Below, piece after piece: positions 29,274 to 39,795 of a stretch of 45,080 nucleotides of DNA; position 1 is the stretch's first letter, and every line of letters starts with the position of its first letter. A model generated the notes under the pieces. It did no database searches. It was not told the origin of the DNA and saw only the letters and a program-made list of their open reading frames with translations. The DNA is from a virus. The position numbers and the translations under genes were made by a program. Location of the stretch: IMG/VR virus record IMGVR_UViG_3300033052_000026, positions 1-45,080 of that record; one strand, 5' to 3'.

Positions 29274-31090
29274 GCTTCTCCCGATGGCTGGAACTCCACA
29301 GAGACGCCGTGCAGGTGATCCCAATCGGTTCCCGCTGGGATGTTCACCCGGAAACGATGGAACTTCGCATCGGAACGGAACGGCACCAGCCCGGTCCTGC
29401 TCGAGCGCGTATTGGCCGTGGACCACGACAGCGTACCATCGGCCACCTGGGTCGCCCCAACCTGCATGGTGTAGGTCGGGGCATCACTCTTGAGTTTGGC
29501 TCCCGAGACGAATGACCCTGTTTCAGGCGTCAATTCCGTGGTTGCCGTCTCAACCGTCGCCGCAGCAGGCGTGCCGGCGAACAGCGATAGCTTGTTGGAC
29601 GAGGTGAACGCCCCGAAGGTAATGCGCCCGCCCTTGAACTGGCGGCTGTCCAACGGAATGTTGATCTGGTCGAGCGTGCCAAGCGAATCCAGATCGTTCA
29701 GCACGGAACCAATCGACACGGCGGACACCAGCACAATCGGAGCCGCATCGGCCCTGCACCAGCGATCAAGTTGCCAGTGCCAGCCCAGCATCTTGTAGGT
29801 GTTGTTCTGGTCCTGATACCGGATCCAGACGATTTTCTGCGATGGGTCGGCAATCCCCTGCACTTCCCCCAGCTTGTCGAGGTTCACGTCCTTGAAGAAA
29901 TAATCGTCGACCCGCTCGGCCCCAATCGGGCGATGCTCGTCCCCGACATAGAACCCCGTCTCGTTGAGGTAGAAATACGCCTCCCCGCCGAACGGAATGA
30001 CAGCCAACGGTGCCACCGCTCCCCGGCTCGCGTCGATGTCCTGCATCTGGAACGAATACTGATTGCCGGGCGTGAAGATCAGCCGCCGCTTGCAGCGGCG
30101 CTGGATGATCCTGGCACCGCCTGTATTCGACATGATGGCGACAATCTCATCACCATCCGCGATCTGCTGCCGGTCGCTATCGCCCGCGACGCCCGTGACC
30201 GTCCAGTTGGTCGGATCGTCGATCTTCGAATGCTGCCAATCCTGAGGGAATTCATCCGCGCCAACCTTGAGATAGGCGAGGAAAAGGAAGTCCCCGACCG
30301 TCTCGATATATTTAGCCCTCGGGGGCGAACCCGGCGCATCCGCAAACACCGTCCCAGTGTCCACATCAAAGACCTGCAGAGGGTCATTGATATTCGTGAG
30401 ATAGAGTTTTGTCCCGTATCGCTCGGCCTGCCACAGGTCGCTGTCAGCCGGCCCCGTGTAGTTGGCGAGGGCTTGTACGGTCACATTGTCGATGTTCAGC
30501 GTCGTGGAGCCGACCGCCTCAAACCCAAACGTATTGTTGCCGGTTACCGCTGTCAGATACTCGGTGTAGGTTCCGTTGGCCGTGCGGGTTGTGCCGTTTA
30601 CCGAGGTGCCGCCAGAAATGACTGCCCTGACCCCGCCAGCCGTAAAGCCGGACACGGTGTACACGACCTTGTAGATCGTGCCTGCTGTAAAGGCCTGGGA
30701 TTGACGCAGGCCAAGCCCATTCGCAACAGCCGTGAACGTCGCAACGCCAGCCGCAATTGTGACCCCGGCGTCCTTCGTCCAGTCCGTGTCCGCGTCGAAT
30801 GTTCCATTCACAGCCTGGCTGGCCGAAAGCTTCGATACGTGATCCCAACCGCCAGAACTGTTGAGCTTGTAAATCTTGGTCTTGGTGGCCGCGATGAAGC
30901 CGAATGAGCCAGTGGTGTTGCGATACCACCATGCGCCATAGCACTGCGCAGCCAGCGCCGATGACAGGTCGGAAAGCTGCGGCATCGGCCCCCAGCCGAC
31001 AGAGGTCGGCAGGACGTTCGTGGCCACTTCCGTCGAGACTGCCGAGAATGGGCCTTTGTCTGGCTCAAGCGGCGGGAATGGGATCACCAC
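29270..31090 (-). CDS. Large tail structural protein (tubular/nozzle-like) with an inserted beta-rich lectin-like segment
   Basis: 606 aa. Beta-propeller-like repeats (YG..W......FIAAT..KIYKL). Insert approx aa 90-215. Confidence 0.7.
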   Translation of the reverse strand: MVIPFPPLEPDKGPFSAVSTEVATNVLPTSVGWGPMPQLSDLSSALAAQCYGAWWYRNTTGSFGFIAATKTKIYKLNSSGGWDHVSKLSASQAVNGTFDADTDWTKDAGVTIAAGVATFTAVANGLGLRQSQAFTAGTIYKVVYTVSGFTAGGVRAVISGGTSVNGTTRTANGTYTEYLTAVTGNNTFGFEAVGSTTLNIDNVTVQALANYTGPADSDLWQAERYGTKLYLTNINDPLQVFDVDTGTVFADAPGSPPRAKYIETVGDFLFLAYLKVGADEFPQDWQHSKIDDPTNWTVTGVAGDSDRQQIADGDEIVAIMSNTGGARIIQRRCKRRLIFTPGNQYSFQMQDIDASRGAVAPLAVIPFGGEAYFYLNETGFYVGDEHRPIGAERVDDYFFKDVNLDKLGEVQGIADPSQKIVWIRYQDQNNTYKMLGWHWQLDRWCRADAAPIVLVSAVSIGSVLNDLDSLGTLDQINIPLDSRQFKGGRITFGAFTSSNKLSLFAGTPAAATVETATTELTPETGSFVSGAKLKSDAPTYTMQVGATQVADGTLSWSTANTRSSRTGLVPFRSDAKFHRFRVNIPAGTDWDHLHGVSVEFQPSGEA

Positions 31091-31692
31091 ACCGCTCCCG
31101 GCAGGGTGACCCCGGCATTGCCGAACTTGGCGCGGTTATCCAACGCGGCAATCGTGTCGATATAGGTTTCGACCCACTTCGTCTCCCGAAGCAGAACCGC
31201 GTCATTCTTCACGAACTCCGCCGCATAGAGCAGGCAGGTGTGCAGGTAGAGCGTCGGGTGCGCCGCCAGAAGCCAGTTCGACGTGTTCGAATCGGAAAGC
31301 GCCGGCACCTTCTGGTAATAGGTCAGTTCGATGTTGTTCGATGACAGCGGCAGCGCCGTGAGGCTCGATCCCACGATCATGAAATGGCACGAAAGCCCAC
31401 TCGCGCGCGTCGGATAGAGCCCATCGGCGGCGTCTTCCGTGATGTAGTCGAGCCGGCGCCGGATCGAGGCCAGTTCCACGACACGCTTGTATTCGAGATA
31501 ATCACTCGGCAGCGTGCAGACGTTGCTGGCTGGCACAAGGCTGGTCGTCGCCTCCATCTGCCGGCAGCGCAACTTGGCGTTAAGCAGGGCCTCCGCCAGA
31601 TCGATGAAGTCATCTGCGTAGGTGGAAAGGTCCGAGCGGTCGAGAAACCATGCCGGGATCGCCGTCTTAAGCTCGGAATAAGACGTGATCAT
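31084..31692 (-). CDS. Head-tail adaptor-like structural protein (202 aa)
   Basis: Position between the head and tail genes. No search was possible. Confidence 0.6.
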   Translation of the reverse strand: MITSYSELKTAIPAWFLDRSDLSTYADDFIDLAEALLNAKLRCRQMEATTSLVPASNVCTLPSDYLEYKRVVELASIRRRLDYITEDAADGLYPTRASGLSCHFMIVGSSLTALPLSSNNIELTYYQKVPALSDSNTSNWLLAAHPTLYLHTCLLYAAEFVKNDAVLLRETKWVETYIDTIAALDNRAKFGNAGVTLPGAVW

Positions 31693-32033
31693 CTAATTTG
31701 CCCGCGAAAGGTGCGATACGGCCGATTGTCTGGGTTATCAAGCCACCACTTCAGATGATCGCGGTCCCCCTCGCGGATCTTGGCGGCCAGGTCCGCATAG
31801 AACTTGTTCAGGGGCACCCGGGCGACGACCTTGCCGTCTCCGAACCGCTTGCCGTAACTGTCGTTGAACTCCTGCTGGTTCAGGGCAATGAGTTCTTCGT
31901 CGGCCAGATATTCGGTCTTGAGAATGTACCTGTCCGCATCGATCCACAGGCGCGACCGGATGTAGTCGGGCGTGACCTCGACCACCTCCCAATCGCCGCC
32001 GTGAATGTCGCGGGGGTCAAGCGGGGAGTTCAT
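31689..32033 (-). CDS. Hypothetical virion-module protein (114 aa)
   Basis: ATG 32033 preferred over TTG 32081. Confidence 0.55.
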   Translation of the reverse strand: MNSPLDPRDIHGGDWEVVEVTPDYIRSRLWIDADRYILKTEYLADEELIALNQQEFNDSYGKRFGDGKVVARVPLNKFYADLAAKIREGDRDHLKWWLDNPDNRPYRTFRGQIR

Positions 32034-32313
32034 CCGCGCGCTCCGCAAGGCGCTTGCCGATAAGGGCCTTGGCCTCGTCAATCGGCAGTCTCAGCACGGT
32101 CCCGGACCAGATCTTGTCCGAGAACCCAGCGCCCGGGTAGGGTGAGGGCCGCTGCTCGCCCTCCACGAAACGGGCAGGCTCGACCACGATCATCTGGCCG
32201 GCGGCGTTTTTCTTCTCGACCGCAGCCCTGTGGTGGCCGACGATTTCGAACAGGCCCTTGGGCACGTAGTTCTTGAGCAGGTGAACGGGAAAGAGGTCGG
32301 ATTTCGGGGGCAT
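32017..32313 (-). CDS. Hypothetical virion-module protein (98 aa)
   Basis: SD GGAG lies 7 nt before ATG 32313. Confidence 0.6.
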   Translation of the reverse strand: MPPKSDLFPVHLLKNYVPKGLFEIVGHHRAAVEKKNAAGQMIVVEPARFVEGEQRPSPYPGAGFSDKIWSGTVLRLPIDEAKALIGKRLAERADELPA

Positions 32314-32327
32314 GGATTGCTCCGTTT

Positions 32328-32358
32328 GAAAGGGAAAGGGCGGCCCGGAGACCGCCCC
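32328..32358 (-). terminator. Intrinsic terminator/attenuator after the capsid gene block
   Basis: Reverse strand: GGGGCGG-TCTCCGGG-CCGCCC followed by TTTCCCTTTC. Confidence 0.55.
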
Positions 32359-32379
32359 TTATTGCTTTGGTGTGTCGGA

Positions 32380-32808
32380 TTAGACCGCCGCGCTGAACGG
32401 CGTGGCCTCGACGCCCGAGGACACGAGCGAGCCGGTGACCGCCCATGTGTCGGCTGCAATGTCCGTCAGCTGGACATAGGAGCCCTTGATGCCGCCCGTC
32501 GTCGTGCCGTTCATCGTGATGGTATCGGACGTGGTGGTCGTCGGGCAGGTGACGCCCGCAATGTCCGAAGCCACCATGACGGCGCCCTGGATGATGTTGT
32601 TGGCATCGGGCACCGCGATGATGTAGTTGTTCGAGGTGACCGTGGTCCCAACGACAAGGTAGAAATACGCCCCGGAGCCAGTGGCGTCCGGGAGCGTGAT
32701 GGTCAGGCCGGCGGCGGCGTTGAGGACCAGCATCGCCCCGTTGCCGTGACGCTCTTCCGTCAGGGTGGTGGAGGCGGTGATGCTGATGGGCTGAAGGGGA
32801 TAAGCCAT
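32380..32808 (-). CDS. Capsid-associated protein (decoration-like, 142 aa)
   Basis: Lies immediately downstream of the capsid gene. Beta-rich, Thr/Gly-rich. Confidence 0.6.
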   Translation of the reverse strand: MAYPLQPISITASTTLTEERHGNGAMLVLNAAAGLTITLPDATGSGAYFYLVVGTTVTSNNYIIAVPDANNIIQGAVMVASDIAGVTCPTTTTSDTITMNGTTTGGIKGSYVQLTDIAADTWAVTGSLVSSGVEATPFSAAV

Positions 32809-32819
32809 TGTCTTTCTCC

Positions 32820-33830
32820 TTAGGTCGAAGCCGTCAGGCCGAACAGGTCGGCGGCAACGCCATGCGCAGCCTCGTTGTTGACCACCAGGGAATACTCGGT
32901 GACGAGCACGCGCTTCTGCGCATCGCCGGTCACCGCGGGCTTCTTCAGATCGATGTCACGGAGGACACCGAGCTTCACCATCTTGGGGTCGATGAGGAAG
33001 GCATTGCGGGCGATGGAGGCACCGGCACGAGCCATCTGGCGGTTCGGAACGACGCTGATTTCGCCGAAGTCCGACAGATAGATGTCAGCCGCCGCGACGA
33101 TGGTCGTCTGGCCCTTGCCCTTGGCCGCGTAGCGCTGCTGCGCCACGTTGGTGTCAGACATGAAGGTCGAGAAGACCGTCTTCACGTAGGGCGACGTCAT
33201 CAGGACGTTCGGATTGCCGCCCGCGTTGTAGGCGGACAGAATCGTCGCATCCAGAATGGCCTTGGTGAAGGCGCGCTGCGTGCCGTTGGTGGCGGCGTCG
33301 ACAACACCGGTCGAGGTATTGAAGCCGCCGGAAGCGCCACCAGCACCCATGTTGTCGTTGGTCGCCAGCCAGGCGCGGAAGCCACCGGCCTTGCGGTTGC
33401 TGGCACCATTGCCCGAACCGGCCGAAGACGCCTGATTGCTCAGGCAGATGACTTCCATGTCGGTGCGGAGTTCGACGCCCTTCTTGGCGACTTCGCGGGC
33501 GAGCTCCGACTTGCGGCCCGCCTTCGAAACCACTTCCTGGGTCTCGGAGACGATGATGCGCTTGTCGGAGATCTGGGCGTAGTTGCCGACGCGAACGGTC
33601 GGGGTGATCGCGTCATACGTCCAGTCGTTGCCTTCCGGCTGGTTGTTGTTCGCATCCGGCGAGGCAAGCGCGTCGGTCTGCCATTCCGGGTGGACGCCCT
33701 CGATCGACTTGCGGCCGATGAGAGACAGGAAGGGGGTTTCCTCCGGCGTGATCTGATAGATCTTGTCCGCCAGGGTCTCCCGATTACCTACGGCGTCGTA
33801 GGTTTCAAAGGTGTTGGACACCTGAGGCAT
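32820..33830 (-). CDS. Major capsid protein, SU10/DUF5309-type (HK97 fold)
   Basis: 336 aa, after the scaffold gene. N-terminus TFETYDAVGNRETLADKIYQITPEETPFLSLIG is typical of the family (recalled). Confidence 0.85.
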   Translation of the reverse strand: MPQVSNTFETYDAVGNRETLADKIYQITPEETPFLSLIGRKSIEGVHPEWQTDALASPDANNNQPEGNDWTYDAITPTVRVGNYAQISDKRIIVSETQEVVSKAGRKSELAREVAKKGVELRTDMEVICLSNQASSAGSGNGASNRKAGGFRAWLATNDNMGAGGASGGFNTSTGVVDAATNGTQRAFTKAILDATILSAYNAGGNPNVLMTSPYVKTVFSTFMSDTNVAQQRYAAKGKGQTTIVAAADIYLSDFGEISVVPNRQMARAGASIARNAFLIDPKMVKLGVLRDIDLKKPAVTGDAQKRVLVTEYSLVVNNEAAHGVAADLFGLTAST

Positions 33831-33842
33831 GGGATTACTCCG

Positions 33843-34859
33843 TTAAAGGTCGAGGTCCATGAGTGATGCAATCCCGGCATCCATTGAGCCGGTCTTGCGG
33901 AGGAACTCGCCCCTCGCCTGTGCGTCGCGGGAGATTTTCGCCTTCGGGTCCATGCGCTTGCCGCCAGCAATCAGCTTGGGCTTGGCCTGGATGTCCTGCT
34001 TGACCTTGGGGGCCTGCTTGAGGGCCTTCCGGTACTTCACGAGGTCTCGCATCGCGACGTAGAAGCGATGGTCGTCGGTCTCGTTCAGTTCTTCCGGGGA
34101 GAACCCGTATTCGGCCATGACCTCGTTGGCTTCGGTCCAGAATTGATCGTAGACCTTGCGGTCACGGAATTCGGGAACGGCCTCGAATAGTCGTTGGGCC
34201 TCGGCCTGGCGCCTCTGCTGCTGCTCGATGCCGCCCTGCTCAGCCTGCCGGCTACGCTCGGCATTCTGCTGATAGGCAAGCTGGTTGAGCAACTGCACGC
34301 GCTCGTCATATTCGGCCTTCGCCTGCATGTAGCCGAATGGATCACTGTCCATCATGGCCTTGTCAGGCGCGGCCGGCAGGAACATCTGCGCGGCTTGAAG
34401 GAGAAAGTCCCGCTGTTGTGCGAGAGATTGGGCGAGTTGCCCGGTCTGCGCCCGCTCCTGCTGGAACGCTTCGCGCTCCGTCTTCAGCTCGGTCGTCTTC
34501 CGGGTGTAATCACGCTGGTAGAGGTTGTTGCGAACGAGTTCGGCAACGGTGGTCACGGTCCCGTCGTCAAGGGTTACCTTGGCATCTCGCGATGCAAAGC
34601 GGCCCTTTTCGTATGGACTGGATTCGTCGTCGGCTTCGTCGGCCTCAGGGTCTACATTCTCAGCGTCGGCATCGACTTCGCCTTCCGCCCCTTCGTCGGA
34701 TTGGTCGGCTTCGTCTTCTGCCTCAGTCTTGGCCTCAACCTTTTCTTCGGGGTCCGTTTCCGGGTCTTGAAACAGGTTGGTAATGGCGTCCACGCCGTCG
34801 TTGAAAGACAACGCGCCGTCGTTAGCAGTCCCCTCACCGGGGAGGTTGCTGTCAGACAT
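33843..34859 (-). CDS. Scaffolding protein
   Basis: Acidic N-terminus, long coiled-coil region, position between portal and capsid. Confidence 0.65.
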   Translation of the reverse strand: MSDSNLPGEGTANDGALSFNDGVDAITNLFQDPETDPEEKVEAKTEAEDEADQSDEGAEGEVDADAENVDPEADEADDESSPYEKGRFASRDAKVTLDDGTVTTVAELVRNNLYQRDYTRKTTELKTEREAFQQERAQTGQLAQSLAQQRDFLLQAAQMFLPAAPDKAMMDSDPFGYMQAKAEYDERVQLLNQLAYQQNAERSRQAEQGGIEQQQRRQAEAQRLFEAVPEFRDRKVYDQFWTEANEVMAEYGFSPEELNETDDHRFYVAMRDLVKYRKALKQAPKVKQDIQAKPKLIAGGKRMDPKAKISRDAQARGEFLRKTGSMDAGIASLMDLDL

Positions 34860-34883
34860 CAGGTTTTCCTTTGTCGGGAGGAA

Positions 34884-35123
34884 CTAGGCGAAGGTTCCGG
34901 GGGAGTTCGCCTTACTCGCCTGGCGGAGGATTGCGCCCTCCAGCTCAGAACGAATATCGTCGATCACAGCCACCTTCTGCTGAAGGCGGAGGATGGAAAT
35001 CGTGTCGTTGGCATTTGCCGAGGCCAACTGTTCAAGCGCTTCGGATCGGATTGCCGTGAGCGCCGCCTGGAATGTCTCGTCTTCCTTGAGGCGCTGTGCC
35101 TCCTTGGCGAGATGATCGCTCAT
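34884..35123 (-). CDS. Hypothetical 79-aa coiled-coil protein
   Basis: ATG 35123 overlaps the upstream stop (ATGA). Confidence 0.55.
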   Translation of the reverse strand: MSDHLAKEAQRLKEDETFQAALTAIRSEALEQLASANANDTISILRLQQKVAVIDDIRSELEGAILRQASKANSPGTFA

Positions 35124-35542
35124 GCGTGGAAGCCGTGGGCAACCACCGTGTTGTTGGTGCCGCCCGCCCCAGATGCGGGGCATGTGACCACAATTGCGGT
35201 GTTAACCGCAGACGCCGGCAGCGGCGGACAGAATTGGACAATCAGCGGGCTGTTACCCACCAGAGCACCGGCAGCGAAACTGTATGTGTAGTGCCGCGTG
35301 CCCCCAAGCAGCCCGGCCACGGTCACCGTTACCGGCAGCGCTGCTGTGGCGCCGGAGCCGGTCACTTCGAAACCCGATATGTATGCCGTGGTGGTCGCGG
35401 CAGGCGTCAACGTGGCCGCTGCGGAAGCATTGGCGACATTGCCGGAGCCGGCAATCAGCGGCGTTGCGGCCACGGGATACGAGCTGGCATCCTGAGACAG
35501 CGAAACCGGCTTGTCGATGCCTGTGATTGTCACAGTGGCCAT
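35120..35542 (-). CDS. Hypothetical virion-module protein (140 aa, Ala/Thr/Gly-rich)
   Basis: Clean ORF directly after the portal gene. Confidence 0.6.
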   Translation of the reverse strand: MATVTITGIDKPVSLSQDASSYPVAATPLIAGSGNVANASAAATLTPAATTTAYISGFEVTGSGATAALPVTVTVAGLLGGTRHYTYSFAAGALVGNSPLIVQFCPPLPASAVNTAIVVTCPASGAGGTNNTVVAHGFHA

Positions 35543-35555
35543 GCTGATCTCCTAT

Positions 35556-37874
35556 TTAACCGGGCTCGCCGCCCATGCGGACCTGTGAAGACGACATATC
35601 CATCCCGCCCATCGGGTTTGATCCGCCCTGCAAGCTCGACAGCGCGTTTTTCATCTGCATCATCATTTCGGACTGGCTCGCCTTATCGGTGGGCGCGGAC
35701 CCGTTCATGTGCTTTTCGTGAAGCCTGATCGCCTTTTGCAGCCAACCGGCAGCACCGGAGTTCTGGGCGGTCGACATGCCCATTTCGCTCTTGATCTGCA
35801 TTTCCTGCATGGAAAGGTCGCGCTTGAGGGCCATTTCAGCGGCCAACTGCTCGCGCTTCAACTGCATCTCAGCCACAAGCTGCTCGCGCTTGAGCATCAA
35901 TTCACCCTGCATCTTCTCGCGCTGGAGCATGATGTCCTGCTCGTTCTTCTGAGCGTCCATCTGCATCTCGACCTTGGACTTTTCGACCTCGAAGCCGAGC
36001 TTCTGCTGCTCGATCTGCACCTTGGGGTCGGGCTGCTGGGCGCGCTGAGCCGCCGCCTGCTTCATCTGCGCAAGCTTCTGATCATCGATGTCCGGGTAAT
36101 ACTCATCCGGGTTTCGAAGGCCCGACGATTCCGCCAATTTCGTTGCCGTCTTGACGATCTTGGGCACCATGTCGATGGCTTCTTCCATGAAGCCCCCGGT
36201 TGCGAACTGCTGGGCAATGCCCGTCTGCGTGTTCAGGATGTTGTTGAGCATGGCCATGTCGCGGTCGCGCGAGCCGGTGCCGAGGCCTACGTTGATCGTG
36301 GCATCCATGTTCGCATTCCAGAACCGCGGGTCCATCTCGACCCACGTATCCCGCAGCCGAATGACGCGCGGGCGGTCCTGATGCTTCACCACAAGCCGCA
36401 GGATCTGCTTGAACACCCGGCGCCAGCCCAATTCGGCCTGGTTACGGGCGATCAACTCAATCTGCGAGTAGGCGGCGTCCCGCTGGTTCTGGTTGGCCGT
36501 GGCCGTCTGGTTCTGAAGTGTCTCAGGGTCCAGCGCCATTGTGGAGCGGGAGACACCTGTGCGCTTTTCCGTGACCTGATCGAAATGCTCGAGGCCAAGG
36601 AGCGCCTTGTCGCCAATGAAGGGCACAGGAAGCACCTGAGGCGGCAATTGCGCCTTGTTGTTCAGCCAGACGGTCCCGCCGAATACCGGGGCCTTCATCA
36701 TCTCGGGGTTTTCGACGGTCCCGATCTGCGCAGCCATCAGCGGGTTGTTCACCCAATACAGGTTATCGAGGAATTGGCGCGTCAGAACCGTCTTGATGCG
36801 CTGAATGTCGGTCGTCTCGTCCGCCACTGAGCGCGCATCCCAGCGGTGCGGAACAGGCTCGCAGGGGATATCCGAGAACGGTACATCGTCGTCCCAGACT
36901 TCCCAGTCCAGCAGTTCCCCGGCCCCGCCATTGCCGGCATAATAGGCCCGGATCGTCTCTGCGATGCCGTCGCCGTCCGCGTCGGCCTTCACATAGCACT
37001 CATACAGTTCGATAAGCTGCATCGAGTGGTCGCCCACCATGCCGAGGCCGTTATACTCCTCATCGCGGGCAATCGCCTCGGACGAAAAGCCCGAATTGGG
37101 GTAACTCGGCAGGTTCTCGACCAGATCGGCGTCGAACCCCATCTCGACAAGCTGCGAACGGGTCTTTTCGTCCCTATGGGCGCAGAACCGGGCATCCTCG
37201 ATGCAGGTAGCCTGGCGGTCGAGCAGAAAGTCTTCCGGCTTGATACACTCGACACGGACCGTGCCCGAGCGCGTTATCCGCTTGACCTTGATGTCAAACG
37301 TCTGGATTTCCTGCTCGACTGGCTGGCCCGTCTCATCAAGTGAAACAAGCTTTTGCGGCTCTCCCGGCTTCTGCGCGACAATCTCCGCGCCATCCATCTC
37401 GAGGAGCGCGATCTGCTCCGGCGTCATGCCGGTGTGTTCGGAATACTCGCAATCCTCGGCATCGTCCCACCAATGCTTGATGATGCCATTGCCCTGAAGC
37501 AGGCTGTCGTGCGTCGCATTCCAGAGGATGCGGTAGCCCTGATTGTCCTTCCAGAAGATGTGGTTGCAGTAGTCCGTGGCCTGCTCGGAAAATGCCTCGT
37601 CACCCTTGCCGACCGGCTCGTACTCGGCCATGCGATCTGAGGCCGTGAACACGCGAATGATGCCTGGAAGCATCCAACCCATCGTGTCCGCCACATCGCG
37701 AGAGACGACCGACGACCGGTTGGCGGCGGCTGGCGTGTCGTTCATCTCGCCGCGGTAGTATTCGAGCGCGCGGGTGCGTTTTTCAGACAGCTCGGAACGG
37801 TCGTAGAGGATAGACGAGTGGATTTCGCTCGAAAGCAGCGCCTTCAAGCTCTCGTCCGTCAGGCGTTCAGCCAT
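35556..37874 (-). CDS. Portal protein with a long C-terminal coiled-coil/barrel-like tail
   Basis: 772 aa, downstream of TerL. C-terminal repeated LKREQL/EMQ heptads. Confidence 0.8.
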   Translation of the reverse strand: MAERLTDESLKALLSSEIHSSILYDRSELSEKRTRALEYYRGEMNDTPAAANRSSVVSRDVADTMGWMLPGIIRVFTASDRMAEYEPVGKGDEAFSEQATDYCNHIFWKDNQGYRILWNATHDSLLQGNGIIKHWWDDAEDCEYSEHTGMTPEQIALLEMDGAEIVAQKPGEPQKLVSLDETGQPVEQEIQTFDIKVKRITRSGTVRVECIKPEDFLLDRQATCIEDARFCAHRDEKTRSQLVEMGFDADLVENLPSYPNSGFSSEAIARDEEYNGLGMVGDHSMQLIELYECYVKADADGDGIAETIRAYYAGNGGAGELLDWEVWDDDVPFSDIPCEPVPHRWDARSVADETTDIQRIKTVLTRQFLDNLYWVNNPLMAAQIGTVENPEMMKAPVFGGTVWLNNKAQLPPQVLPVPFIGDKALLGLEHFDQVTEKRTGVSRSTMALDPETLQNQTATANQNQRDAAYSQIELIARNQAELGWRRVFKQILRLVVKHQDRPRVIRLRDTWVEMDPRFWNANMDATINVGLGTGSRDRDMAMLNNILNTQTGIAQQFATGGFMEEAIDMVPKIVKTATKLAESSGLRNPDEYYPDIDDQKLAQMKQAAAQRAQQPDPKVQIEQQKLGFEVEKSKVEMQMDAQKNEQDIMLQREKMQGELMLKREQLVAEMQLKREQLAAEMALKRDLSMQEMQIKSEMGMSTAQNSGAAGWLQKAIRLHEKHMNGSAPTDKASQSEMMMQMKNALSSLQGGSNPMGGMDMSSSQVRMGGEPG

Positions 37875-37876
37875 AG

Positions 37877-38077
37877 TCAGTCCGTCAGCCTTGCCAGCGG
37901 CTCAATGTCCGCAAAGTCGACGCCCTCGATGCAGAAGCGCCACGCTATTTCATCGCCATCACGGACGGCGTATTCGCAATGGCCGGCGAACTCGCCGTCA
38001 TCGGTCAGCACATCGCGAATGAGGTACAGCGCGCCCTCATGTGAGTAGGCGCGCCAGTCATGATTGGCTGTCATCAA
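37877..38077 (-). CDS. Hypothetical 66-aa protein
   Basis: Overlaps the TerL stop (ATGA-type). Confidence 0.5.
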   Translation of the reverse strand: MMTANHDWRAYSHEGALYLIRDVLTDDGEFAGHCEYAVRDGDEIAWRFCIEGVDFADIEPLARLTD

Positions 38078-39369
38078 ACCACCCAGTGAGAGCTAGGGAC
38101 TTCCATCGGCCGCGAATTCGTCGGGGCCTCGTAGGATACGCACATCAGGCCGAAGGCATCGGCGCCATGCGACGACCAATCATGCTCAGGACCGAGCCCG
38201 ACGTTGCGCTCATCGTCCTTGCGCTCGTGATACCAACCGAGCGCCTGACGGCCTGCTTCGGTCGTGTCTTCATCGAAATAGACCATCGGGAAGCGGCGAC
38301 GGCCTGCCTCGATACGCATTCGAGCGGCGCCCTTCCCCTGATTGGGGATGACCGTCACGTCATAGCCTGCTGACCGGAACGCGCTCTCGAATGAGACGTC
38401 ATAGACGCGGTCGTTCGTGTCACCATCGTGGGGGAGGTAGATGTCCGCCCTGTCTGGCCCGTAACCCTTCGACTTCAACCAAGCCACATGCGCCGCTATC
38501 GGCTGGCCCTGAACCTCGTAGTAATCCCTTGTGCGGATCTCGCGGTCGATAAACTGCGCCGGCCACGCCGCGAAGGCATCAGCCCTTGCCCCTGTACCGC
38601 CCAAGTCGCAGAAGATACGGACACGCATGAGCGGGTCGAACGTAACCCGGCAAATGCGCCGCTCCTGCCGGGCCTGCAACAAGGCACGCGCAAAATATGC
38701 GCCCTCGGTGACAGTGGCGTAGCCGCCTTCCCATATGTGGTCGTATTGGTCCGGCTGAGCCCGAAGGCAATCTTCTCTTTCCTGCTCAAGCTCGCTGGGG
38801 AACCAGGGATTATCCGACCAGTTGGCCCGAACAACCGCCGCCCCGGTTGGCTTCTCTTCGCCCCGAAGCATCACATCGACAGGGTCGACCTTGCGGCGAG
38901 GGTTCCATGAGAACCACAATTCCGAACCAGGCGCGCGGATCGTCGGGCGAAGGAGCGTAAGTGACCGAGCCGAAAGCGTCTGGGCCTCTTCAACCCACGC
39001 CCTGCCAAAGCCCTCCAGCGATTTGATCGACTCCGCCGTATGGTCCTGCATGCCCTGGAAGGCAATAATTCCGTCGCCTGGCGTTTGGATAACCTCGCGG
39101 AAGACCTTGAAGCCATCAGCCTCGCCAAGCCCGTATTCGCCCAGCTTGTCCTCAATCAAGCGCTTGGCTGATTCCTTGAGCGACTTCTGGACCTCGCGGA
39201 TGCAGACCGAGCGGAGCCCCCTCTCTGCCAAGCTATCCTCGACCAACAAACCGGCGAAGAAATGCGATTTGCCTGAGCCTCGACCTCCGTGGGCGCCTTT
39301 GTATCGAGACCGCTTGAGCAGAGGCTCAAAGACCTCCGCCGTTTCAATCGCCAGCGTTCGACCGGACAA
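38074..39369 (-). CDS. terL: Terminase large subunit
   Basis: Walker A GGRGSGKSHF. Nuclease-domain residues in the C-terminal half. TTG start. Confidence 0.9.
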   Translation of the reverse strand: MSGRTLAIETAEVFEPLLKRSRYKGAHGGRGSGKSHFFAGLLVEDSLAERGLRSVCIREVQKSLKESAKRLIEDKLGEYGLGEADGFKVFREVIQTPGDGIIAFQGMQDHTAESIKSLEGFGRAWVEEAQTLSARSLTLLRPTIRAPGSELWFSWNPRRKVDPVDVMLRGEEKPTGAAVVRANWSDNPWFPSELEQEREDCLRAQPDQYDHIWEGGYATVTEGAYFARALLQARQERRICRVTFDPLMRVRIFCDLGGTGARADAFAAWPAQFIDREIRTRDYYEVQGQPIAAHVAWLKSKGYGPDRADIYLPHDGDTNDRVYDVSFESAFRSAGYDVTVIPNQGKGAARMRIEAGRRRFPMVYFDEDTTEAGRQALGWYHERKDDERNVGLGPEHDWSSHGADAFGLMCVSYEAPTNSRPMEVPSSHWVV

Positions 39370-39643
39370 TGCGGCGCTCGATTATGGCGACGGTCAGCGG
39401 ATTATCCGGGTCGCCTGCCACCTGCATCGGCAGCACCTTGCCGAGGAGGCTGAGGAACGGCCCTGGGTTCTCTTTGGCCTGCTTCGTCAAGTACGCCGCC
39501 ATATCCCCGTCGCCGGCATCGGTAGCGGCCTTGAGGATGGCGTCCTTGAGGAGCGCCGTGGTTTTGTTGGGCGTGCCTTTCGGCCTACCTGGACCGGGCT
39601 TGCCTTTGCCGATCAGGTTTTCGCCCGTTTTTTTTACGGACAT
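39344..39643 (-). CDS. terS: Terminase small subunit-like DNA-binding protein
   Basis: GKGKPGPGRPKGTPNK motif. Lies immediately upstream of TerL and overlaps it. Confidence 0.6.
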   Translation of the reverse strand: MSVKKTGENLIGKGKPGPGRPKGTPNKTTALLKDAILKAATDAGDGDMAAYLTKQAKENPGPFLSLLGKVLPMQVAGDPDNPLTVAIIERRIVRSNAGD

Positions 39644-39766
39644 GCTGGCAGTCCTTTTGAGGGGAGGTTGCCGTGGTTTGGGGGCCTACTTCGCCCCCGC
39701 AGCGCGCAGCATTGCGTTGGCCGCTGCGATCACGGCCTTCCAGATGATGGTCATTGCTGGGATCCT

Positions 39767-39795
39767 GAAACGCAAAGGGCCGCCGAAGCAGCCCC
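39767..39795 (-). terminator. Intrinsic terminator between the leftward early operon and the late operon
   Basis: Reverse strand: GGGGCTGC-TTCG-GCGGCCC followed by TTTGCGTTTC. Confidence 0.65.
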